From positions 5,270,001 to 5,334,000 of the forward strand of contig JBITNC010000002.1 of the NCBI GenBank assembly GCA_050084985.1: 64,000 bases of DNA, written 5' to 3'. This DNA comes from Nageia nagi. Taxonomy: Eukaryota > Plantae > Pinophyta. The number at the start of each line of letters is the position of its first letter. Position 1 is the stretch's first letter. The position numbers and the translations under genes were made by a program. Of this stretch, positions 54,098 to 64,000 are shown one piece after another. The notes below the pieces were generated by a model, which worked only from the letters and a program-made list of their open reading frames with translations, did not search any database and was not told the DNA's origin.

Positions 54098-54242
54098 TTT
54101 GGCGCTTCTGATACAGATTTTTGGTGTTGGATTTTCCCGCCAAGTAAGGAGGGAAATCAATAGGCACGACGATCTTGGACTTGAGTGCCAATTGTGTTGC
54201 TTGTTTGTATTTATAGAGCATCCTTAACCAAAACTAGCCGTT
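54098..54242 (-). promoter_or_regulatory. CDT1 leader/promoter: two E2F sites, TATA box, MSA-like core
   Basis: TTTGGCGC 54098-54105 and TTTCCCGC 54133-54140 both fit TTTSSCGC. CTATAAATA on the minus strand near 54208-54216. AACGG (minus) at 54238-54242. Confidence 0.7.
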
Positions 54243-55151
54243 TTAAATTTAAATGTTTTAATAATGTGTGAAAGCTATTTTATGTGTGAAAAATTATTAA
54301 AAAATAAAATTTATAAACCCAAAAAAAAAATTAAGTAGATATTTTTGTAATTTACGATGTGTTGTTTTAGTATTTTTTTTTTTAAATTTGATGAAGGGTG
54401 TATTTCTTTTTAAATTTATAACAAAAGTATTTAAACTATAGAATTTATACAAGAAAGTGTTGAGATTTAAACTATAACGTGAGAATGTAAATTATTTATT
54501 TTATCAATTTATCTTTTATTGAGGTTTTTATGATATACTTTTAAAGAATATTTTTTTTATTTTGTTTATGGAAATCATCTTTTAGAAAAACGATCTTCAA
54601 CTTAGGAGTTAGGGGTAGAGAATATTTCATTTATAACTTACATTTGGCTTGAACCACTCAAATTGCATTTATAATTCAATAAATTTTTATTGTGATCATT
54701 CATACTATTAAGGGTGAAGAGAATTTAACTTATGACATTCAATTTTATGACAAATTTTAAACTCCCCTTAGTATGGACTCACATTTCATTTTATTTTTTA
54801 ACTCAAAAATATTATTTTTGAGTTCATCTTTTTATTTTCCTAATGAAAATCTTCATCTTTTTTATATTTTTCAAATGAGAAAAAGAAGCATAAGTTTATT
54901 TTAGTTTGAAGAGCAAGATAATAGTTTTTCTATGAATATAGATTGAAAAAAATTAAAAATTTATAATTTTGTATTGTTATATTAGGGAAATTGAGTAACC
55001 TCCTTATAAATCCTAGTTGCACCAAGTAAACTTTTTAATGTAGTTAACGATTGAGAGATTGATACTGAGACTTCGCCTCCTCTAAGGAGTAGCTTTAACC
55101 ATTATACCAACCCTCAAGTCTAATTTTATTACATCAAGAGGCATCATATAA

Positions 55152-55535
55152 TCATAGACAAAGGGGGTTAGGGAGAGTCTAATGTCTCGTTTGTCCATTC
55201 GTTTAACAATGGACACATTATATAAATTAAAAAATATATATCAAGTCAACTATATGCTACATATTAAAAAAATATATATAATCACAAAGAAATAAAAAAT
55301 ACATGCTCAGATCACATTCTAATTGTTTCGTTTGTTATGTTGAGAGTTTTCCAACAGTCATAGACAAAGGGGACAAGGAGAGTCCAAATGTCTTATCCAT
55401 TTGTCTGTTTAACAACAAACCCATAATATAAATTTAAAAAAAATATCAATTTGACTATATATTGAATATTTAAAATATTTTATATAAAATCACAAAGCAA
55501 ATAAAAAAAACATGCTCGCATCACATTCTAATTAT
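55152..55535. repeat. Tandem duplication with a period of about 205 bp
   Basis: tcatagacaaagggg...acatgctc..atcacattctaatt occurs twice. Confidence 0.8.
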
Positions 55536-55818
55536 TCCTCAAGTTGGAAGGCACCGTAATTTTGAAGATAGTCATTGCAATTATTTGGATATGTGAGTTC
55601 ATTTTTATATATATTATTCCTATGAATTCATCTTTTATAGTTACATAATATTGATGTAATAATTCTTATATTGAAGCTAGATAAGATTGATACCTCTCAA
55701 CATTTTTAGATATATATAAGATATCTAAGCTAGTATATATTTCTTAGAAAATAAAAAATAATCTCAATTTTTGGCTCAAAATATTAAAAAATATTGTGAG
55801 CTAAATTATTTTAGGAAG

Positions 55819-55899
55819 CCTCTCACAACCACCAATTTAGGGTAAACTTTCATAGTCTCCTCTCACAACCACCAAATTAGGGTAAACTTTCATAGTCTC
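55819..55899. repeat. 40-bp tandem duplication
   Basis: cctctcacaaccaccaa.ttagggtaaactttcatagtct occurs twice. Confidence 0.9.
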
Positions 55900-56870
55900 T
55901 TCCATCCACCTGATGGCTATGGATAAATAGTTCAACTATAGCCAAACGGTAGCCGAGCTAGAGCCCCTCTACAATTTTGTTATATCAATTAGAATGACTC
56001 AAACTTGAAACCTCCTAAAGGCAAATCCAAGCACTTAACCATCACGTTGTCCCCTTGAGGACATAGAAATTTTTGTTTTTCTATCAAAGGTTATCATAAT
56101 ATTATTTATATTAGATTATTAAATCTTAAAGTATTTTAATTGAGTTAGTAATTATTATACCTTAATTGTAATATTACTAAATCTTTGGGTTATTTTAAAA
56201 TGTTGAAACTTTTAAATTATCTTCTTAATACTTTATAGTATTCATAGTATCTTCCATCATTCTTCCATTCCTCTTAAAATATATTGCACAAATAGCATAG
56301 AATCTCCTTTTTTCTTGATCTTTGGAATTTTCACTTATATACATATTTTTCAACCTTCCCAATGTGTCAATCCCCAAGCCTCACATTTAGGTTGAATAGG
56401 AATATTAATTACAAAATGGGTTACAATTTTTTCAAGATTGCTATGAAAATGCTATAAATTTTATTTTTTAGTTTTTTATGGTTGGATTATTTAGAATTAT
56501 ACTAAGTATCTCATTTTCCCAAATTCAATTCCAATTTAACCAGAAAAGAGATAGTATTTAATTATTATTTTATTTTTAGTCAAGGTTTTATACTTATAAT
56601 TTCTCCAAATGCTTATCAATTACACAACGATCTTTCCAAAATGGGAATTTTCCTTTATCCCTTATTTTCTATCTTAATTCTTGGCATGCCCTTAATAGAA
56701 TTAGATTATCTAACTGCATGTATACCCTTATTTAGCATCACATTCAAACATGGGTTCATTTTAGTTTTCCTACCTCTATTGTATTTGATAGGGATTTGAG
56801 AATTTTGGGCAATTTTTTGACCATTTTTTGGGAAAGGATGGATACCAAGATGAAAAACCAGCATTGCCTT

Positions 56871-57760
56871 TGTAATGTCCCAAAAATGAAATTACAGAAA
56901 TACAAGTATAGAAAAAATATAGAACTGAAATATTACTCAAAAGACACCCAAAAAATGAGTAATAACCAGCCAAGAGAATATATTAAAATATTGCAAGACA
57001 ATACATGCGTTGGAATAACCAAGGGCATCTACAAAATAACATCAAAATGCAAATATAACACCTTCAAAATGCCATGAATCTCCTTGGGACTTTTTTTTAT
57101 GTTTTTAGGGCAATCACACCTTCAATGAAATTGCCAAAGATCCCAACCATGCACCTTCAATGCACTTTGGGGTGAGCAAGACCTTTAATCTTCACTCAAA
57201 GAAACAGGGCAATCACACCTTCAATGAAATTGCCAAAGATCCCAACCATGCACCTTCAATGCACTTTGGGGTGAGCAAGACCTTCAATCTTCACTCAAAG
57301 AAACTCAAGGGTTTCAGATTTCAATTTTAATAATATCAATAACATACCCAAAATGGAGTGTTGCATCTCCTTATATAGACTCCAACCCTAATCTTGCATT
57401 GACCCCTTTAAGCTAATCTAAGCCATTGATTGGCCTTATTACAAATAAAAGTACTTAAAATAATATTAGAATAACATAAAAGTTTATTATAATTCAACAT
57501 TGCACTTTTAAGTAAAAATCCACTAAGTTAAATGGATTTTCGTGTGTAGGCACGATATGGAAGACTGGTCCGACTGGCAAACTTCAAGTAGCCATAACTC
57601 TTTCATTTCTTGTCCAAAAGGGGTCATGTGACCACTTAAAACAAATGCCACAAGATGCTCTATCCAATTATGAAGGTGCAACGACCATATTTGACTTATA
57701 GGAGAAAAGATTTGTGGAAAATCCCAAATGCAAGATATTCTTAAAAATAGGGTCATTACA
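56871..57760 (-). repeat. 3' LTR (890 bp)
   Basis: Direct repeat of 61655-62395 with an extra 99-bp tandem copy and about 48 extra bp. Confidence 0.95.
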
Positions 57761-57877
57761 AGTTCACCCTTCTCAAATTGCTTGTCTTCAAGCAATCCCA
57801 ACACCAACTCTACCCTGCTTAGCTGAAACAAATTTAAATCATCTATGATACCAAGATCCCAAATAATTTTACCAAAA

Positions 57878-59830
57878 CTACCAGCCCTTACTGCTCCAAA
57901 GTCCAAAATCTTTATTGCTTTCTGAATGCTTGACCTAACCATAGGGTGATGTTGCAAACCAAGGGGCTCAAGTGGTTTGAGTTCATTGTCATCTTCATCC
58001 CAAGGTGTCGACGAGCATCTCCAATTCCTATTCCTTTCAGCTTCTGCTTGTAGATCTCTTAAACATTTTGCTCCTTTCTCAAGCTGAAAGATGGCAGCAG
58101 CTTTTTCACTGGTCATGGATTCTAATTGTGTTTGCTTCAAATACAGTAAATCAGTAAGTTCACACTATTGCTTCTCTAATTCCATTTGTGCCTACTTTGA
58201 GTATTGTTCTGCATCCCTTTTCATACTAGATATTTCAACTCTCATCTTTTGAGTTTCAGCCTCCATGGCAGAAAGTTTCATCTCTACTTCCCTCTATGCC
58301 TGGCGGGCCTGCTCTGCTTCTTCTCTCCATGCTTGAGATGTCTGACTAGCTTCCTCTGTAGGCCTTTTTTATTCTTGATGAGATCGAGCTTCCAATGCTT
58401 GAAGCTCCTAAGTTAAGGTTGCACATTCCATCTCAAGCATAGACACCTTGTGTTCCAGATCTGCTACTTTCTGAGTCCTTTCATCTACTGTTCTCTGAAT
58501 TCTTGCCAGTGCTGAAGATGATTCAGCTGCACGGTGTTCCAACTCTGCTTCTCTCTCCATGGCAGCCATTCATGTTGCATTATGTGTTGCACGTTCCTCC
58601 TCTACCCTTCGTTCAGTTGATGCCAGTTCTTCACGCAATGTCTGTATCATCCTTATCTCTGTCAATTTTTGATTTCTAATTAGAGATTCTGTATTTTCCT
58701 GTAATGTTACAAGTTTCTCTTCAGAAATAATAGCCTGCCTTTTTAGCATCTCCATTGAAATCATGAGTGCTTCTATTTCATCATTCTTTGAAGTTAGGGC
58801 ATCAGCCATCTCTGATTCAACAACGCTTTCTGCAGTCTTTGCTAAAGATAGTTCTCCTTCTAGCTCCTTTACTTGAGCATTGTATAAATTCTTTTCTTCT
58901 CTCTCTACAGAAAGTAGTTCCTCAAGTTGCGCATTTTCATACTTGTATTCTTGCAGCCGAGATGAAAGTCCTGCACAAACCCTCGCCAGTCTGGCTTCTT
59001 TGGACTGGCCCATTGAAACAATAATTTTAAGTAGTCCTTGTGCCTCATCAAGATCTTCTAGTCCTCTAGCAGGCTTAGTTGCTTCATCTATACCAACTCA
59101 TTCAGAATGGATGGCTTTGGAGAAGGCTTTACCTCGACTATCTCTTCCCTAAGTTTCTTCTTCTGGCCTTTATCTGTCTCATTTTCTAACACAGTACCAG
59201 CCTTCTCTGGGGTTTCATTGGTGATGCATTCTCTGCATACAACTGTACTGTGACAGTGCCATTCTTAGATGCAAAATTGCATTTCACAGAACCCTGATCT
59301 AACTCTGCAACTGCCAAAGAATCTGAAGCATTCACTCCTGAAGATGAATCAAATGTTATGCCCTACAAATTACTAGTAGGAGAGCTTGATACAGCTTCTT
59401 CATTATCCTCTTTTCTAGGAAGTTCTATCAATCTATCAATTTTCTGCTCATCATCGTTGTGCAAAGAAGGCTTTTGAACTTCTAGAACAGCTGATTTTGC
59501 TAGCTTCACATCCTGATTAATTTCAACTGGTAGATAGATATCTGATTGGTTAACTGCATCCTTTTCCTGATGTATTAAAGAGTTATCCCTCTCAAGAAAA
59601 CCATTAGATTCTAGCAGTGTAATATCTTCCCCAATATCTTTTTCAGAACCATTTGGCTTCACCAAAGATTTAGTACGGGATGTCTTCTTAGGTCTCTTCA
59701 CGTTAGAACTTTGTACCTGTGGCTTTCCAAGCAAATCTTGCTCAGATGCTAGCTTCTGTATGTCAGGCAGCTTATCTAAATTATCAGCAACAACTTGTTT
59801 AGCTCTCTAATCTACCTTTTCAAACAAATC
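57878..59830 (-). pseudogene. GC1: Processed (intronless) pseudogene of golgin candidate 1 / golgin-84 inside the LTR element
   Basis: DLFEKVD*RAK at the start, then LDEAQGLLK..GQSKEARLARVCAGLSSRLQEYK.ENAQLEELL, EEERATHNAT*MAAMEREAELEHRA, ELTDLLYLKQTQLESMTSEKAAA.FQLEK, ending KAIKILDFGAVRA. Continuous without introns, with at least 8 stops and one frameshift. Start codon and TM anchor are missing. Confidence 0.9.
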
Positions 59831-61654
59831 AAGCTATCCCAAATCCGTCTCAAGTCTCCATATGCCTCAAAACTGAGTGAAGGTAAGTCGGATTCAACGT
59901 AGGCCAGCCAAAACTGAATATGAAACAATTTGTAAAGCCATGAAAGCCACAAAAAGAAGTGAAAAGATACCACATACATCCATGAAAAAGCATCTCCTTT
60001 TGCAATGTTCCATGTGAGAAGTGTTCTACCCCACCTACCATGCATCCACATGAGAAAAATCAACATTTTATTTGAAGGAACTATGGTTGTAGTAAATTTA
60101 CCTTTACATAACAGAATTTGTGAAATGTCAAAGGATTTTCCTCCTCCCATGAGATGAGTATGAGACATGTACCATGGCTGAATATGCTTGTGCTTCTCTC
60201 CTCCAAAAGAACTCTTACCATATATGAAAAGAATTCCTAGATCCCATGCATTTAAAGGTTGATCACAATTCTCAAGTGTGATTGATCTTTCCCTCACAAA
60301 ACTCTTCAAATAAGGAAAGCTAAGGCCATTATGATCAAAATTATCTAAGGGCTTAATTTGGAGTTCTAGCCCATATCTCTCCAAACTTTCACAAACTGAA
60401 AATTCGCCAACACCCTTTTGTATCTTTTCCATAGAATATACAAAAAACAAATCTGAAACATTCTCTAACTCTTTTCCCAAGTAATGAGCATCATGTTTCT
60501 CATTGAATTTATTCTCAACATGTGTAGGTATAAATGTACAAAAAGAAGTATTTTGGTTCTCTTTCAAACATACCTTAAGTGGGAGAGTAGCATCTCTATC
60601 ACCAATCTCTTGAGTGAAATCAATCATGCTAGATGAACCATGCTCCATTGTTGAAATGTCTTAATTACCCACATTTTTTTCAAAATTTTCTATTTGGCCC
60701 TTTTCCTCTTTTTCAATGGGAGGAACAACTTCAAAATTTTCTGCATAATTCTCCTCAAGCTCTTCCTTTTGATGGAAAATTTCAGATTTCTCTACTTTTC
60801 CCAAAGTTGATACACCATCTTGACCATTAAAGGTGGGAATGGTCATTTTCTGTTGCAATCGTCTGTTCTTCCTCTTAGGTTCACTGGTTCCATTTTGTTG
60901 CATGCTTGCCCTTTTTAATGTCACTATCTCTTGCCTATTTGCTTCCTCTAATGTCAACATCTTTTGCATCAAAGCAATCATTGCATCCAACTTTTGTTCA
61001 TTCTCTTTTCTCCTAAATAGTTCCATGATCCACTCTTAGCAAACATCAACCTTCAAAACCCTATTTGTGCAATTCCTGAAATATAGGTCAGAAATCATAG
61101 GAAATGCTAGATTTCATATCAAAAAAAAAAAAATTCAACTTTTTTTCTAAAGATAGCAATGAGAAGTAGAGATTAATGGGTGCTCAAATCTACCCGAAAA
61201 ATACCTCCAACTGATTAAATCTTCAAAAACGTCACTTTCCTATTTTTCCTTTGAAAAACCCTTCTAGAAGCTTAAAACGGCATGCAAAGTGCCCAAAAAT
61301 GCTCCCAAGGGTCAAGTACTTTACTTAGCATACTGAATCTAATGCTAAGAGTCCAAAATCCACCCTAAATGACCCCCTCAAAATAGGGTTTCTTGATATG
61401 GACGAATTTGAGGTTTCTTTTTCTATAACCAATCAAATCACAAAAAAAAACCCTAAATCTAAAATTTCAGAAATCTTACCTAAATTTTTTTCTCAAACCA
61501 TAGATCTGCAATTTGGCCAAAAGGGTATCCAGATCTGCAATACCCAGATGCTGGAAACTGAAGATCTGAATCTTCTACAAAAACTCTAACTCCAAATCTT
61601 TGAAAAATGTTAGATCTAACCACAGGCTGGCAAGATCCAAGCTCTGATACCACT

Positions 61655-62395
61655 TGTAATGTCCCAAAAATGAAATTACAGAAATACAAAATGAGTAATA
61701 ACCAGCTAAGAGAATATATTAAAATATTGTAAGATAATACATGCGCTGGAATAACCAAGGGCATCCACAAAATAACATCAAAATGCAAATATAACACCTT
61801 CAAAATGCCATGAATCTCCTTGGGACTATTTTTGTGTTTTTAGGGCAATCACACCTTCAATGAAATTGCCAAAGATCCCAACCATGCACCTTCAATGCAC
61901 TTTGGGGTGAGCAAGACCTTCAATCTTCACTCAAAGAAACTCAAGGGTTTCAGATTTCAATTTCAATAATATCAATAACATACCCAAAATGGAGTGTTGC
62001 ATCTCCTTATATAAACTCCAACCTTAATCTTGCATTGACCCGTCTAAGCTAATCTAAGCCATTGATTGGTCTTATTACAAATAAAAGTACTTAAAATAAT
62101 ATTAGAATAACATAAAAGTTTATTATAATTCAACATTGCACTTTTAAGTAAAAATCTACTAAGTTAAGTGGATTTTTGTGTGTAGGTGCGATATGGAAGA
62201 CTGGTCCGATTGGCGAACTTCAAGTAGCCATAACTCTTTCATTTCTTATCCAAAAGGGGTCATGTGACCACTTAAAACAAATGCCACGGATGCTCTATCC
62301 AATTCTGAAGGTGCAACGACCATATCTGACTTGTAGGATAAAAGATTTGTGGAAAATCCCAAATGCAAGATATTCTTAAAAATAGGGTCATTACA
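61655..62395 (-). repeat. 5' LTR (741 bp)
   Basis: Adjacent to the Met-tRNA PBS; TG..CA termini. Confidence 0.95.
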
Positions 62396-63221
62396 GCCTT
62401 TCATCCATAAATATATGGACGAATTGAGGTGATGAATAGGATAATATATGATTCTTGGGTATTATAGTAATCATTTGAAGACTTAAAATAAGAAACTCAT
62501 CGACATACAATATTCATACAATAAGGAAGTCCATACTTCGACTAGTAAGACTCCATTTGAGATGTGTTTTAGGTACCTTCCACCATCATCATTTGATTAT
62601 AGTTTTGGGGAACAAGATGACTATGATCAAGCATTCTTAAAGGACAAGGAAGAGAATGAAAATTTTATTAAGAAGATTTAACATGTTTACATGAAGGTAC
62701 AAAAGCACTTAAAGACAACCAAGAAAGTGTAAGCTAAGGCATGAACATAGAGTTAATCATAAATTCAGAGTAGATGACAAGGTATGGTTATGTCTCAAAA
62801 AGGAGAGATTACAAGGTCAAGCTAAGAAGTTGAAGCCTCTCCAGTATGGACCATTTGGTATCATTGACCAAGTAAGTAAGAATGTCTTCAACTTGAATTT
62901 GCCTACCTATATGCAAATTTATTTGATGGTTAATGTGGACAACTTGAAGTTAGATGAACTAATTGTGATAATAGAAGATGTGAGATAAGTTTTTTCATCA
63001 ATTGATGATTTATCTTAGGTATAATGAAAAAACTTGAGTAGGATTCAACCTTGTAAAAGAAGGTTCATACCACTAGAAGAGGATAATAAGAAGTTCAGTT
63101 GATTGGTATAAAGGGAAACTATCAAATAATGTGAAATAGTATGATAGAACAAAGGTTGATGAGTTTTTTCTTCACATCACTTAAAAGTGAAGCTTTTGGA
63201 GATCAAAATCCTCCTTAGTAA

Positions 63222-64000
63222 TGTTGGAATCTAATAAGACTATGTTCAAGTGATAATGCAATAATAAATAAATCATAAGAAAATGGTACCACATAACAAA
63301 GAGATTTACCTTGGTTCACTTGATTTAGACTACATCTAGCAAGAATAAGGAGCGTCAACTCCTTCAAATTGTATTGTCAATGCTTTGTACAATCAAGTAA
63401 ATCCACTTCTAGATCATACAATGTAAAATCATATGTTCAACCACATCACATCCAATTATCTCCACACAACAAGCATAATAAAATCTACATATCACAAATT
63501 TGGTGATATAATCCTCATGTTATACCACATGAGATCTCCATGGTCTGTACATCAATGCTATACCACACTCAGCACTATACCATGCTCCATGAACCATGAT
63601 CCATGCACCAAGGCATATAAACTTCATGCATCAACTACTAGACTGCAATCCATAATACATGATCTAACATGTGCTCTCATGCCCAAACTAGGACATACAC
63701 AATCATCCCATTATGGGATCCATCCATATCCATTGCATCTATCGTAACATGCATGCCATATCCACATGTGTATCAAGATCCACATACCATGTCTCCCACA
63801 CATAGCATGCTCACACACAATATGATTTGTCACATTCATATTATGTGATCAATCTTAATACCAACATGAAAGACACAGTATCACTATGTGCCATGCCCAA
63901 ACCTTAAGCATACTTGATCCTCTCTAGGATACTCCATCATGCTCTTCCATGTCCAACCCAGGGCAAAAGCATTGATCCAAAGGATTCTTTATGTATCCCA
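63222..64000. mobile_element. Start of a probable further LTR, truncated by the window end
   Basis: TGTTGG start right after the Gypsy remnant, followed by non-coding CA-rich repetitive sequence. Confidence 0.4.

Larger units (their letters stand above)
56871..62395 (-). mobile_element. Structurally complete non-autonomous Gypsy-type LTR retrotransposon (5525 bp) carrying a captured golgin cDNA
   Basis: LTRs 56871-57760 and 61655-62395 (TGTAAT..ATTACA, about 96% identical by manual count apart from indels). TSD GCCTT at 56866-56870 and 62396-62400. PBS TGGTATCAGAGC at 61641-61652. PPT GAGAAGGGTGAA next to the 3' LTR. Gag-like IPTFNGQD (ORF 60661-61026) and a LEDKQFEKG pol-terminus motif. No RT, RNaseH or integrase core. 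Confidence 0.95.
56785..63220 (+). mobile_element. Older Gypsy integrase remnant (56785-56870 plus 62401-63220) split by the LTR element
   Basis: Joining across the TSD gives MDTKMK/SIAFHP*IYGRIEVMNR (STAFHPQTDGQTEVVNR consensus). Downstream: KVWLCLKKERLQGQAKKLKPLQYGPF..NVFNLNLPTYMQI..VNVDNLK. Confidence 0.85.

Noticed and set aside
50434-54227. Many overlapping short ORFs
   Set aside because: Alternative frames or antisense of CDT1 exons with no independent support.
55985-56065. tRNA-like sequence on the minus strand
   Set aside because: Degenerate A/B boxes and no clear cloverleaf. At most a SINE fragment.
59812-60648. 278-aa ORF as a host gene
   Set aside because: It lies inside the LTR element, has no recognisable domain, and shares WDLG-type motifs with the element's tail. 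Treated as element-internal sequence.

Overview
AT-rich plant nuclear DNA. Long TE-filled introns and the retroelement types suggest a gymnosperm, which is an inference. There are three intact spliced genes, all on the minus strand, with exons assigned by eye from GT-AG sites and reading frame: a LysM-domain protein (3 exons, about 420 aa, with a 10.4-kb intron full of nested TEs), anamorsin/DRE2 (7 coding exons, about 285 aa) and an unusually long CDT1 (7 exons, about 882 aa, with two E2F sites in its leader). The rest is mobile or repeated DNA: L1-like LINEs, Copia and Gypsy remnants, hAT and fold-back MITEs, a SINE-like element, and a 4.4-kb scrambled array built from PPR gene pieces. The most notable feature is a structurally complete 5.5-kb non-autonomous Gypsy-type LTR element at 56871-62395. 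It has paired LTRs, a GCCTT TSD, a Met-tRNA PBS and a PPT. In place of pol it carries an intronless copy, about 1.95 kb, of a host golgin-84/GC1 mRNA, and it is inserted into the integrase of an older Gypsy element. All homology calls come from motif recognition without database searches.
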